Part shown: piece by piece, positions 46,740 to 56,924 of the stretch
Position numbering within the stretch: the stretch's first letter is position 1
Layout: every line of letters starts with the position of its first letter
From: a virus
Length of the DNA stretch: 64,000 bases
Direction: 5' to 3' (one strand)
UHGV virus genome: UHGV-0367612
Made by a program: the position numbers and the translations under genes
The notes under the pieces: model-generated
Told to the model about the DNA's origin: nothing
Seen by the model: the letters and a program-made list of their open reading frames with translations, nothing else
Database searches by the model: none

Positions 46740-47272
46740 CCTTTCGCCTTTCTTTTAGCTTTGTTGTACCATATTCCAATTGATTTAGGTGAAGCATCTG
46801 GGAATTGTTCCAATACTGCTTTCTCAGCTTCTTGTTTACTCATTTTTAACCGGAAACACTCAAATGTTTTGGCTTTTGCAGTTCCAGCCATAACTCCATC
46901 AGATGTTTTCTGTTTCTTTTTTCTCGGAGGTTTTTTACTCATCCCGGCAATCCTCTTCATTTTGATAACCATACCGTCATCATCTCTCTCCCCAATAAAT
47001 CCCAACCTCAATGATGGGTGTATCAATTCTTCTGCATCCTCTCCTAAAGTCATTCGGAGTTGTTTCTCCACCCAATCATCAAAATCATCCAATAATTGAG
47101 GATTCTTGGGTTTGTGTAAGTTCTCTATCCAGAATGAATATAACCGGGGAACATCCGCATCAATTACCTCACTGAAAGGCATACCCCTTACAACGCATTC
47201 TCTTTTAAAATCCTTGATGCTCATCTTATCCGCCTTGGAATAAGCATGGGCTCTTCCCTTATCTTTTGCCAT
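46736..47272 (-). CDS. hypothetical protein
   Basis: 178-aa ORF. Confidence 0.35.
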   Translation of the reverse strand: MAKDKGRAHAYSKADKMSIKDFKRECVVRGMPFSEVIDADVPRLYSFWIENLHKPKNPQLLDDFDDWVEKQLRMTLGEDAEELIHPSLRLGFIGERDDDGMVIKMKRIAGMSKKPPRKKKQKTSDGVMAGTAKAKTFECFRLKMSKQEAEKAVLEQFPDASPKSIGIWYNKAKRKAKG

Positions 47273-47275
47273 TGT

Positions 47276-47617
47276 TTAAAAATCTTCGTGATCAATATCC
47301 TCAACCTCTATTTTATTATCTGGGAATTTATAATTCCAGAAATCCCTATAAACCTTTTTGAAATCCTCATTCTCAGGCCCAACCAATTCTGTGTATACAT
47401 ATAATACCCAGTTTATCTTTGGACAAGGAATCTCATGTACTATCTTATCCACCACCCATTCCCAAAATTCCTTTTGAGTGTTTGAGAATCTGGGAAAACT
47501 TGGAGTGATTTTCTCTAACTCATCCTTAAATAGGTGAGAGAACATGAAAACAAGGTCATCTCTATTTAATTCTCTGATTCCCTTGTAATGCTCTATTAAT
47601 ACTTTACTTGTTGCCAT
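47276..47617 (-). CDS. hypothetical protein
   Basis: 113-aa ORF. Promoter copy at 47643-47684. Confidence 0.35.
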   Translation of the reverse strand: MATSKVLIEHYKGIRELNRDDLVFMFSHLFKDELEKITPSFPRFSNTQKEFWEWVVDKIVHEIPCPKINWVLYVYTELVGPENEDFKKVYRDFWNYKFPDNKIEVEDIDHEDF

Positions 47618-47688
47618 GTTTTATTTATTATTAAATATTAAATGCAATGCAAATATAATAAACTTGTTTTTCTCATGCAAATCCTTTG

Positions 47689-48591
47689 TTACCCTTTTTG
47701 CCCTTGTATCCTCGCAATAACATGTTTTCTGAAAACGTTTACGTTTTCTATCTCCTGGAAGTTGATAGCGTATTGTCTTATATCCCTGAATTTAGGCCAG
47801 AACTTCTGACCTGATTTTGCTGACTTATCCTCAGCTGTCAGGTATTCAACAACCAAGCCAGCAAAGTTATTTGCTAGCGTCTCGTTATCAAATACATATA
47901 AATATAGATGTGAGAGTGCTTTTATATTCTTCTGGGTATATCTAACGGGCACTAAGATATACCCATTTGGAAAATCTAAATGTATTAACGGGAGAAACAT
48001 CTTTTGGTACTTCCCATTATACTCGTATAAATCCTTGATATACTCTATTGAGGCCATTGGGATCTTAGAGATATTCCTTAAATGCTTTGCTTCCCTAGCC
48101 TTATTGCGTCTTTTATATGCTGATGGCTCCTGAAGATTGTCTGGAAGAACTCTGAAATTGTTCCAGGCATCAAACTCCTTGATTAGGTTGTATAGGTCTC
48201 TATCACAATCATTCCTGGATTCCATGAGTTTATCCATACCTTCAGTTATAAGCCTTGTCCTACTCTCTTTGATACTCCACACATCATTATTGAACATCCT
48301 TCTTATAGCTTCCTTCACTGGTAACCTCAACTCCATTACACCTTGGAAATACTCCCTAAAATCTTTACCTACCACTGATTCATCTGGAAATAATTCCCCA
48401 TAGGTTTCATAATGAGTGGTGAACATCTCGAAGAATTTCACACATCTTTTCTGAATCTCCAACAATTTGAAATGGGCTTTCTGAACTATCTCCCCTATCT
48501 CCCATGAAGATTTCCCATGTACAGCTGTTAGGTTTAGAACTAACTTCTCTTCATCTGTCAGTATATTCCAGGCTTTATCATTTTTCTTCAT
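47689..48591 (-). CDS. putative HTH transcription regulator (sigma region-4/LuxR-like helix-turn-helix)
   Basis: 300 aa. N-terminal 'LTDEEKLVLNLTAVHGKSSWEIGEIVQKAHFKLLEIQKR' resembles a region-4-type HTH. Confidence 0.3.
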   Translation of the reverse strand: MKKNDKAWNILTDEEKLVLNLTAVHGKSSWEIGEIVQKAHFKLLEIQKRCVKFFEMFTTHYETYGELFPDESVVGKDFREYFQGVMELRLPVKEAIRRMFNNDVWSIKESRTRLITEGMDKLMESRNDCDRDLYNLIKEFDAWNNFRVLPDNLQEPSAYKRRNKAREAKHLRNISKIPMASIEYIKDLYEYNGKYQKMFLPLIHLDFPNGYILVPVRYTQKNIKALSHLYLYVFDNETLANNFAGLVVEYLTAEDKSAKSGQKFWPKFRDIRQYAINFQEIENVNVFRKHVIARIQGQKG

Positions 48592-49255
48592 AATCCTCTG
48601 TTTCTAGTGATATGGTTGCATAAGCTTTATTTAATTTCCTTTCTCCTACCTCTTCAAATCCATTCTCAAGGTAATCAGTACTGTTCATATCGTAATGATA
48701 CATCGTGTAGTATATATTAAAGAAAGGGACAGTTATCTTGAGTGGTGCTCCGTTAGAGATTTCAACTGCGATAATCATGTTCTGTTTCTCCTTGTTTATT
48801 TTCTCAACTACTCCATATAGTCCCTCAAAGGGATACCCACTCAATTTTATACTGTCCCCAACTTTAATGTTCTCCTCTTGATGTTCACTGTATATAGATG
48901 ACTGGCCTGCATCCCTTATTATACGGTTAACCTCTTTAGAGGAGATCATAGCGTAATTAAAACCCTGACTAGGTAATGTCGTATCTCTCAAGAATCCCAA
49001 CAATATTGGGATTTCTCTTTTCAATTTCACTAAGTAATCTATATCATATCTCCTGAACTTAGGTACCCTCATGAACCCAAAATTAAAGAGGTATGGTACA
49101 TCCTCGTAATTATTTCTTCCCCGGTGTTTTCCCTTGAGAACTCGAGTCACTGGGATAACTATCTCTATCCCATACTCTTTCTCAACTTTCTCTATATCTG
49201 TATCAAGGAATTTATTCCTATCGATATATATGATCATCCATGGCCAGTTTTTCAT
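48578..49255 (-). CDS. NusG/RfaH-like transcription elongation/antitermination factor
   Basis: 225 aa. Clear KOW motif 'IKVGDSIKLSGYPFEGLYGVVEKINKEKQNMIIAVEI' and an NGN-like N-terminal domain. Confidence 0.5.
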   Translation of the reverse strand: MKNWPWMIIYIDRNKFLDTDIEKVEKEYGIEIVIPVTRVLKGKHRGRNNYEDVPYLFNFGFMRVPKFRRYDIDYLVKLKREIPILLGFLRDTTLPSQGFNYAMISSKEVNRIIRDAGQSSIYSEHQEENIKVGDSIKLSGYPFEGLYGVVEKINKEKQNMIIAVEISNGAPLKITVPFFNIYYTMYHYDMNSTDYLENGFEEVGERKLNKAYATISLETEDYEEK

Positions 49256-49267
49256 AAGTTTCTCAGT

Positions 49268-49831
49268 TTAATATATGGATTTACAGTATGGTTTTAGAAC
49301 CTTCTTATGTAAATCCTTGTAGTTTATCTGTTTCAAATCCTCTGAATTTAATATTACCAATCCATAATACATGGACAAGTAAGCAAGTTGCCCGTATTTC
49401 TCCGGGTAAAAATTTAACTCTCTCACTATCTCATTATATAACTCGTTGCTTATGACTACAAAAAAGGTACCCTTTGCCATACCGTTTCTGTGGATGAATA
49501 ACATGGGTACCTTCTGAACAGCTTTAGCATCACTGTTACATTGGTTCCAATAGTGATTTAGCTTATCTGTGTTCTTTCCCTTAGTGGGAAGTAGTAAGTG
49601 TTCAAAGGCTATCTCTTTTGGAGCTTTCACCTCTATACTTATCCTACAATTTCTCTCATGTTTAGCATCTGTACAAATTACATCACCAGCTATAGATTTA
49701 CGATTCTGCCAACGTAATCCACCAGATTGGGGGACCCGAGAGAATTCATACCCAGTCCATTCTTTCATGAACTTAGTAACATCCCTCTCGCATTTATTAC
49801 CTTTGTTTTTACTATTAATCCTTTCAGCCAT
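49268..49831 (-). CDS. putative PD-(D/E)xK-family nuclease
   Basis: 187 aa. 'GDVICTD...ISIEVKA' gives a D...ExK arrangement. Cys-rich. Adjacent to Rad50/Mre11 genes. Confidence 0.3.
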   Translation of the reverse strand: MAERINSKNKGNKCERDVTKFMKEWTGYEFSRVPQSGGLRWQNRKSIAGDVICTDAKHERNCRISIEVKAPKEIAFEHLLLPTKGKNTDKLNHYWNQCNSDAKAVQKVPMLFIHRNGMAKGTFFVVISNELYNEIVRELNFYPEKYGQLAYLSMYYGLVILNSEDLKQINYKDLHKKVLKPYCKSIY

Positions 49832-49870
49832 ATTGTCTTGTTATTAATTACTATACCAGTTAGCATCATG

Positions 49871-51748
49871 CTAGCTGAGTAAGGTCGTGATACCATTCAC
49901 ATTCTCAAGCTTTATGACTTCTGAATTTTGGATGTTGAAATCTAACAAATGGGTTACTAAGAAGATAGATTGTTTCTCAGCTCTATCTTGCAAGATATTG
50001 GCCACCACTTCTACATTAGTTTTATCCAGTGACTCAAATAACTCGTCCCCGATAAATAACCCACATGGCTTGGTCTCCTGTATCACTTCATTTATGGCGA
50101 AAATGGTTGTCAGGTTTATTAACTGTTGTTGGCCTCCCGATAAGTCTTCATAGGGGACTTCAATACCGAACCTGTTGACCAATACTCTGATATCTCCATT
50201 AGCTGATCCCATATCTACCCAGAATACTACCTTGAATCCGGATAGTTGTTCGTAATTTTCTAACCTCTCATTCACCTGTTCAAGAAGGATATTAAACAAC
50301 CAAGGTTTTATCCCCTTATTAGAGAATGATTCCATAGCGAACTGGTAACGGTTCTTCTCCACTCTTCTCTTGATGAGTTCCTTTTTCAGGTTGTTAATGA
50401 ACTTCTCTGTTTTACCTATACAGTTCCTGATCTCTTCTATATTTAAGCCTTCATCTGGTACATATCTCTCTTCTTTACATTCTTTCAGGTTTTTCTTGGC
50501 TCTCTTCACTTTTTTAGTTAGGATTTCTCCCATTTGAGTGTTATCCTCTTCTTTTTGGAGGGCATTTTCTAGTGACTCAATTTTGCTATCTAAAGAGTTT
50601 ACTTGGTTTAACTGTTCTTTTAAACTAGAAAGTTTTTCTTTAGCATCCAAAAGGCTTTTCTCATGTTGTTTTTTTGCAAGAGTATAAGCTTTCTTATCCC
50701 TATTGAATCCCTCAATCTTTTGTTTATAGGTATCAACTGATTTCCGTAAATCCTCTTTATTATATGGTCTACCACATTCTGGACAGGAGGTTGGAAGGTT
50801 TGCTATATTCTCTTCATTAGCCTCTATTATCTTATCACAGTTGCTTATAGACTTCTCATCTAATTTGATATCTGATTCCAACCGGATAACATTAGAGTTG
50901 GCTTCATGGTATTTTGTGAATACATCACCTAATTCCTTTCTCTGTTTCTTTAGCTCCTTGATCTTACCTCTGAGCTCTACTAGGGAATCATCTTTTTTAT
51001 CTTCCCATTCTTCTAACTCTTCTCTGGCCTCTTCTAAAGCGTTCTCTAGAAAACCAATCCTTTTTACATGTTCATCAATCCACCTATCCTCTAATCTCTT
51101 CGCCATTTCAATCTTCTCTTCCATGGCTTTAATGGATTTATTCTTAACATCAATATCTGTTTTAAGACTGGTCACCTCATAACTCACTTTCTCAAACTTA
51201 GCCTTAGCTTTGGTATAGGCATCTTGAAATATACCAACCTCAAAGGCCTCTTCAAAAAACCTTTTCTTGTTGGCAGATTTATCATCCATTAATCTGGCTT
51301 GCTTTTGTCCAAAAACCACTGAATTGAGAAATAGTTCTGGTGAGTATCCCAGGATTTTATCAATTCTTTCCTGTATCCCTCGTTTATCTCTTCCTGTATC
51401 GAGATTTCCCTCTTGATAGAAGAAGAGTCCATTTTTACCTGTTCTTCCTTCGACTTTTCCGGTGTATCCTTGGCACCTGATGACTTTATAGTGTCTTCCA
51501 TCCTTTTCAAATTCAAGTTCAACTTTCACTCCCTTGTAATCTTTGGGTCTTATAGATTCCCACATCTCCACTGCTCCACTCATGGTTTTCCCATATAAAG
51601 CCCAGAAAAGTGAGTTTATCAATTTTGATTTACCTGACCCATTACTGGCAGATATAATGACTATACCTCTATCCTGGGAATTCCAATTAAATTCCATGTA
51701 CTGGATAGAAGCAAACCCCTCTATTTTTGTGTTAAGAAATCTCAGCAT
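49871..51748 (-). CDS. Rad50/SbcC-like recombination ATPase (T4 gp46-like)
   Basis: Walker A 'SASNGSGKSKL', long central coiled-coil with zinc-hook 'CPECGRP', signature 'LSGGQQQL', Walker B/H-loop 'IFLVTH'. Confidence 0.8.
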   Translation of the reverse strand: MLRFLNTKIEGFASIQYMEFNWNSQDRGIVIISASNGSGKSKLINSLFWALYGKTMSGAVEMWESIRPKDYKGVKVELEFEKDGRHYKVIRCQGYTGKVEGRTGKNGLFFYQEGNLDTGRDKRGIQERIDKILGYSPELFLNSVVFGQKQARLMDDKSANKKRFFEEAFEVGIFQDAYTKAKAKFEKVSYEVTSLKTDIDVKNKSIKAMEEKIEMAKRLEDRWIDEHVKRIGFLENALEEAREELEEWEDKKDDSLVELRGKIKELKKQRKELGDVFTKYHEANSNVIRLESDIKLDEKSISNCDKIIEANEENIANLPTSCPECGRPYNKEDLRKSVDTYKQKIEGFNRDKKAYTLAKKQHEKSLLDAKEKLSSLKEQLNQVNSLDSKIESLENALQKEEDNTQMGEILTKKVKRAKKNLKECKEERYVPDEGLNIEEIRNCIGKTEKFINNLKKELIKRRVEKNRYQFAMESFSNKGIKPWLFNILLEQVNERLENYEQLSGFKVVFWVDMGSANGDIRVLVNRFGIEVPYEDLSGGQQQLINLTTIFAINEVIQETKPCGLFIGDELFESLDKTNVEVVANILQDRAEKQSIFLVTHLLDFNIQNSEVIKLENVNGITTLLS

Positions 51749-52700
51749 CGTTCAATAGGTCTTTAAGTAATTTTTTACGTTTCTTTCCCTTTTCCCCAAT
51801 ATAACTGGTGTACTCATCCACCATGGATGACCAGTCATTGAGTTTTATCTCATTAGCAATGGCTCCATCCTTTTCCTTAGTCTTGACGACTTTTCTTTTA
51901 ATGTAAATATCAAAATTTTTTCCAGGTTCACCCTCATACCGAAATTCGGGTAGTTCTGCCTTTTCGAAAGTAAAACCATCCCTATCTAATACCCAATACC
52001 CCATATCCGTTCCCATGTCACAGGTTCTCATCTGCATGGGTGACCCACACATTAAAATATTTTTCCGGAGAAGTTGGGGTTTATGTATATGTCCACATAC
52101 TACGTAATCGAAATGTTGGAAGAAGGTACTTAACTTAGTTTGTTTTCCCTTATTCTCGCATTTCATACCGTTAGTATCCTCTGCACCTGGTAATTCCTTG
52201 TGGATAACCAATATTCTGGGTACATCATGTTTACTCCTCTCCACCACTTTCATAGCATTCTCCAATCCCACATCATCTTTAAGATAAGGTATCCCAATCA
52301 CTTCATAAAATATCCCATCCACTGTTGTGAAATCAATACACCTGAAAAATGGATATAACTCTGAAAAAGTTTTGACCCAGCTCGGAGATTTCCTAGGATC
52401 ATCTCCATCCCTATCATGATTCCCAGTTATACAATATACCACTTCTCCACATACCTTCTGATATATGTAGTGGAAATATTCATTCACTAACCTAAAGAGT
52501 TCATTAGACATGTGGCTTGGGTTATGAAAAAGGTCCCCAGCAATGAGGACCTTAGCTTTTTCATCAGAAGCTTTTACAACCAATTTCGAGAACCAATTAA
52601 GTAGCATCTTTGTCCTGTACAAATCTTGGTTAAATGTGTTCCAATCGTGGATGTGTAAATCACCAAGACAGTAGAATTTACTTGTAAGCTTCATAATCAA
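51732..52700 (-). CDS. Mre11/SbcD-like nuclease (T4 gp47-like)
   Basis: Calcineurin-like phosphoesterase motifs 'GDLHIHD', 'AGDLFHN', 'GNHDRDG', 'CGHIHKP'. Confidence 0.75.
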   Translation of the reverse strand: MIMKLTSKFYCLGDLHIHDWNTFNQDLYRTKMLLNWFSKLVVKASDEKAKVLIAGDLFHNPSHMSNELFRLVNEYFHYIYQKVCGEVVYCITGNHDRDGDDPRKSPSWVKTFSELYPFFRCIDFTTVDGIFYEVIGIPYLKDDVGLENAMKVVERSKHDVPRILVIHKELPGAEDTNGMKCENKGKQTKLSTFFQHFDYVVCGHIHKPQLLRKNILMCGSPMQMRTCDMGTDMGYWVLDRDGFTFEKAELPEFRYEGEPGKNFDIYIKRKVVKTKEKDGAIANEIKLNDWSSMVDEYTSYIGEKGKKRKKLLKDLLNDAEIS

Positions 52701-53421
52701 ATTTGTTGTAGGTTATATACTCGTGGAGTCTCACATACTCATCACCTTCAAAGCAACCCACATTCTCAATAATATGAGCTACTGCCAATACTCTATGTTT
52801 AAAATCCTTGGCATCTATCTTGGCACTATAGATGATATTCTTTCTCCCTAAGAATCTCAACTCTCCCCAACTGAAAGGTAATACCTGTTCATGGTAATAA
52901 TGTTTCACGTTCTCCATGAAATACCGGAAATCAAATCCACTGAACAATAGGTTGGATTTTAATTGGTATGACTCATCAGATATCCTTTTACCATCAGCTT
53001 CTGTTTCCCATGAGAAAGGTCTTATCAATCTGATAAAGATTGTCGTGTAGTTGTGATTTTCCAAATCACTTCTCAACATCTCCATACATTTCTCACAGTA
53101 CTCTCTATGTAAAGAATATGGCTTTGGCATATCCATATAATAAATCAGGTTGTCAATGATTGACCTGTCTGTGATAAAGTTTACCTTATCACCCAATACT
53201 TTCTTCCGGTTTTCAAGAATAGCCATTTGGTATTTGTGAGCCCAATTATAATCTCCTGATAACTGGAGAGCATGTTCATGGGATTTTATTCCAAACTCTT
53301 CCCAAACATTGCTGGCAGAAGTGTTCACGTATTCTAAACCAAGTTCTTGGGAAATACATTTAGCCAATGTTGTTTTTCCTAGACCTGATGCTCCGCTGAG
53401 ATAAATTCTTAAAGGTTTCAT
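52678..53421 (-). CDS. P-loop nucleotide kinase (putative dNMP kinase)
   Basis: Walker A 'SGASGLGKTT' at the N-terminus. 247 aa. Sits in the nucleotide-metabolism/replication block. Confidence 0.45.
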   Translation of the reverse strand: MKPLRIYLSGASGLGKTTLAKCISQELGLEYVNTSASNVWEEFGIKSHEHALQLSGDYNWAHKYQMAILENRKKVLGDKVNFITDRSIIDNLIYYMDMPKPYSLHREYCEKCMEMLRSDLENHNYTTIFIRLIRPFSWETEADGKRISDESYQLKSNLLFSGFDFRYFMENVKHYYHEQVLPFSWGELRFLGRKNIIYSAKIDAKDFKHRVLAVAHIIENVGCFEGDEYVRLHEYITYNKFDYEAYK

Positions 53422-54295
53422 AGAAGTTCTTGTCTTTTAAAAATGATTTCAATGTAAAAGATCCACAGTAGTTCTCAAATAGAGTTTTATTGGGCTTTGG
53501 AAATGGTTCATTCTTATACCAATTGATTTTAACATCCCTCATAAACTTAAGGTGATACGCTTTCAATGATATAAGGAAATGGTTTTTCTTGTATAGCTTA
53601 GCCAAGGCATTCTTACTTACCACTGAGTTGGATTCTCCCTCTCTCAAAAATTTCTTGATTGACCCATACTTCTCAAGGAATTGGATAGCCCTCTTCTCAC
53701 CCACTAGAGGATAACCTTTGATGTTATCTGAATCATCTCCTACCAGAGTAAGGTAATCCACTGTTTGCTTTGCTTCATACCCTTTGAAATGCTTACAGGT
53801 ATTTACTGTAATCTTCTCTTGGTTGTGTGGGTTATATATCACCACATCCTTGGTAGTGGCTAACTGATTGAAATCCTTGTCTGATGAGATGATTATGATT
53901 GTCCCTACATTTTGTTTTTGTAGGAGTTTGACCACAGAATATATCATATCATCAGCTTCCTGATCATCATTGTACACTACTGATATACCCAAGTTGTATA
54001 GGCATTCAAGGACTTCATCTCTCTGCCTTAAGAAATCTTCCCTGTCAAAGTCAATTTTCTGAGTCCTTGAACCCTTATACTCGGGACATAGTTTCAACCT
54101 ATGTTTACTTCTTGCCCCATCAAACACTGCAATTACAAGGTCAGGTTGAAATTTCCTGACCTGTGATTCTATCACGAAAGGTACCCCATATATCACTGAA
54201 GTTGGTCTACCACTGATATCAGTAAAATTACTGAACCTATGGTATGACCTGTGCATAAGGTTATTCGCGTCAAATATTAAGGCTGTTTCTACCAT
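53360..54295 (-). CDS. 5'-3' exonuclease / flap endonuclease (T4 RNase H-like)
   Basis: 'LIFDANNLMHRSY', 'AVFDGARSKHRLKLCPEYKGSR', 'QEADDMI', 'ISSDKDFNQL', 'LVGDDSDNIKGYPLVGEKRA' match FEN/Pol I 5'-exo motifs. Confidence 0.8.
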   Translation of the reverse strand: MVETALIFDANNLMHRSYHRFSNFTDISGRPTSVIYGVPFVIESQVRKFQPDLVIAVFDGARSKHRLKLCPEYKGSRTQKIDFDREDFLRQRDEVLECLYNLGISVVYNDDQEADDMIYSVVKLLQKQNVGTIIIISSDKDFNQLATTKDVVIYNPHNQEKITVNTCKHFKGYEAKQTVDYLTLVGDDSDNIKGYPLVGEKRAIQFLEKYGSIKKFLREGESNSVVSKNALAKLYKKNHFLISLKAYHLKFMRDVKINWYKNEPFPKPNKTLFENYCGSFTLKSFLKDKNFYETFKNLSQRSIRSRKNNIG

Positions 54296-55413
54296 TACTC
54301 TTCCTCCTCTCCTACTGGGAATAGGTTTATCTCCTTATCATTGAGATCTTCTAGTATCTTTTTAGTATTACTAAAAGTGTTTATTCCAGCAAGTTTAATT
54401 AGTTTACTTCTCATTTCTTTATTCTCTTCCAAAAGAGATTGTAAAGCGTCTTCTCCCCTTGCAATTTTATTACCCTCTTTATCGTAATAAATTGAAGAGC
54501 CTTTCTCCCGTTTCACTGCTCCAGATGATTCCAATACCTCAGCTAATCCAGCATATCTGGAGAATCCAGGTTGGCAATAATCAGCCAAGAAATATACCTC
54601 AGTCTCCATCGTTGGCCTAGGAGGAGCTACTTTGTTTTTCTTCATTCTCAAGGAAACGTAATTACCTACCCAGGTTTCTTTCCCGTGTACCTTTTCCTTG
54701 ATTTGTTTCTTTCTATAAAATCCCATGCGTATGTGTGCGAAAAACTTCATAGCCTCTCCCCCGGGTGTTGTCTCTGGATCCTCAAACATAGTTCCCAACT
54801 TCTTCCTAAGCTGATTGATAAAGATACAGGTTACTCCCAAATCTGCAAGTTCTTTACTTCGTTTCCGAAGAAAGTTACCCATGGCTTTGGCTCGAATACC
54901 CATCTCAGCTTTCTCATCTGTTTGTTCCATTTCCAATCTCTCAATTGTATCTAACGCTGCAATGGAATCCAGTACATATAGGATAGGTTCATTGTGAGTT
55001 AACTTCTTTCTCAAAGCCCTTGCTGTTTCTATAGTCCAATCAGAGATAACCTCTATGGCATTCTCATGGAATACCAACACCTTACTTAGGTCAATACCAT
55101 TTGTAGTCCACCAATCCTTTGAGTAAGAACTCTCAGCATCAACCCACATTCCCCAACCTCCAAGCTTTTGACATACTGCTAAGAAGTCCAAAGCCACAAG
55201 AGATTTACCTGAACTCTCTTGACCAAATAACTCAAGTACTTTACCGAAAGGTATACCACCTCCCATAACCCAATTCATCACTAAACTTCTGGAAGGTAGC
55301 CAAGGCATATTCTCCACCTCATTATACATTTCAGAAGCCAGTGATACCTGTGAGTATTTATTCATAATACTTTGCAGGCTCTTGGTCTTTTTACTCTTTG
55401 TTTTCTTTGCCAT
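54295..55413 (-). CDS. RecA/UvsX-like recombinase
   Basis: Walker A 'LFGQESSGKS', similar to RecA 'GPESSGKT'. 372 aa. Confidence 0.65.
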   Translation of the reverse strand: MAKKTKSKKTKSLQSIMNKYSQVSLASEMYNEVENMPWLPSRSLVMNWVMGGGIPFGKVLELFGQESSGKSLVALDFLAVCQKLGGWGMWVDAESSYSKDWWTTNGIDLSKVLVFHENAIEVISDWTIETARALRKKLTHNEPILYVLDSIAALDTIERLEMEQTDEKAEMGIRAKAMGNFLRKRSKELADLGVTCIFINQLRKKLGTMFEDPETTPGGEAMKFFAHIRMGFYRKKQIKEKVHGKETWVGNYVSLRMKKNKVAPPRPTMETEVYFLADYCQPGFSRYAGLAEVLESSGAVKREKGSSIYYDKEGNKIARGEDALQSLLEENKEMRSKLIKLAGINTFSNTKKILEDLNDKEINLFPVGEEEE

Positions 55414-55664
55414 TAATCACACCTTTCAAATATTACTACTATACCTACATCACTTTTTAGATCAATAGGTGTCATTGTTTTTACTAACCAACCATCCTTT
55501 AACCTAGAATCTATTTCCTCTTCATAATTATAGAAAAATTCTTTGACCATTTGCCGGTATACAGGTACCCTTATCTTAGATGATTCAATATTACCGGCTA
55601 CTGTATTTCCAGGAGGAATGAGGGGCCATTCACCCCTCATTTTCTCGATATGTTCTTTACTCAT
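55413..55664 (-). CDS. hypothetical protein
   Basis: 83-aa ORF. Confidence 0.3.
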   Translation of the reverse strand: MSKEHIEKMRGEWPLIPPGNTVAGNIESSKIRVPVYRQMVKEFFYNYEEEIDSRLKDGWLVKTMTPIDLKSDVGIVVIFERCD

Positions 55665-56445
55665 CGTCGTCCTCTGATTTTGATTTGTGTTTCTTAGACT
55701 TCTTTGCTTTTTTCAAGGTAGCCTTTTCCTTTTTTACTTTCTTCTTACTACCCATGTCATCGTCGTCCTCTTCTGTATCTTCGGGTTCTTCCTTACCACC
55801 GAGATATTGTTCGATGTATTCCTGAGTTTTCTCGTAAGTTGGGATAACCTCTTTTACCAAAGCCTCAATATCTATATCCTCTTTAGGCCTACACTTTGTA
55901 GGAATTGAGTTTGGTTTGCAAGGTTTAACTGTATACTCGGTATCATTTTTACCGGAACCAGTTCTCTTCAACTTAAGGTCATAACCTTCATCCAAATCAG
56001 TCATATCCCCCCACTCTTCTTCATCAAGGTAAAGGTCAATGATCTCTGAGTATTGAGATTGGGCCAACTGAATGAGTTTGGGTTCCGGATCATAGTCTTT
56101 ACCTTTCCCATCATTGCATACCAATACAGCAGCCATGTATTTTTTCTTGGGAGAAAGGTCTTTGGCAAGTTCCTTGTCATCTGGGTCTTTGGATTTCTTT
56201 AGCTCCTCATACTTCTCATAGATAGCACAAGGCTCATCAAAGGTCATGGGAGAATAAACTCCTTTGATATCTCCTCCTAAGTAGAATTGTACTACCTCTT
56301 TGATAAACTCTTGTTCTTCTCCAGCAGAGAGTAATCTTACTCTCAGTTCTTCATCTGCCTTTTGGAATAGTACTTTACCGTTTCCCTTACTCTTCAGGGA
56401 CTTTTGTCTTTCTCTTAATCTCTCTTTCAAATTTTTCTTTGCCAT
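55657..56445 (-). CDS. putative ssDNA-binding protein (gp32-like)
   Basis: 262 aa. Sits between the recombinase and ligase genes. Has the highly acidic C-terminal tail ('TEEDDDD...SEDDDE') characteristic of phage SSBs. Confidence 0.35.
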   Translation of the reverse strand: MAKKNLKERLRERQKSLKSKGNGKVLFQKADEELRVRLLSAGEEQEFIKEVVQFYLGGDIKGVYSPMTFDEPCAIYEKYEELKKSKDPDDKELAKDLSPKKKYMAAVLVCNDGKGKDYDPEPKLIQLAQSQYSEIIDLYLDEEEWGDMTDLDEGYDLKLKRTGSGKNDTEYTVKPCKPNSIPTKCRPKEDIDIEALVKEVIPTYEKTQEYIEQYLGGKEEPEDTEEDDDDMGSKKKVKKEKATLKKAKKSKKHKSKSEDDDE

Positions 56446-56459
56446 AACATAAAATTTAA

Positions 56460-56924
56460 TTATACTTTATCCCGCCTAATATTAGCGGATACTGTTTGCA
56501 TTAACATAGAACGTTGCTCGAATGCTCTAACACATACTTCTAGTATGTCAACATCTGCACTAACTGATAAGAACTCCTTGTACTTATCTTGATACTCTTT
56601 ACTCTTCATTACCATAGCCTCAGCTAAGTCATTTGCCATCTTCTCTTGGCTTTTGTATTGGGAGAAAAGTCGGGACCTAGTTTTCTCTAAGACCCGTTCC
56701 TTCTCCCTTTTTAATACTAAAGCTTTTTTATGTAGCATGGCAATGAATGCGTAATGATTTGGTTGGTCTTTTAACTCCGAGTTTACTGAGTCATTGTTAA
56801 ATGATAATTCATCCTTCAAGTTAAAGACTATCCTTTCTTCACCGAGTTGAATATCAACCACTGTTATGTTGGTGTTTGTTTCCCAATACTTTAGCTTCTT
56901 TATTTTCCTTAGGTTGACAGCCAT
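56460..56924 (-). CDS. hypothetical protein (possible recombination mediator)
   Basis: 154 aa. Size and position are reminiscent of UvsY, but the sequence evidence is weak. Confidence 0.25.
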   Translation of the reverse strand: MAVNLRKIKKLKYWETNTNITVVDIQLGEERIVFNLKDELSFNNDSVNSELKDQPNHYAFIAMLHKKALVLKREKERVLEKTRSRLFSQYKSQEKMANDLAEAMVMKSKEYQDKYKEFLSVSADVDILEVCVRAFEQRSMLMQTVSANIRRDKV

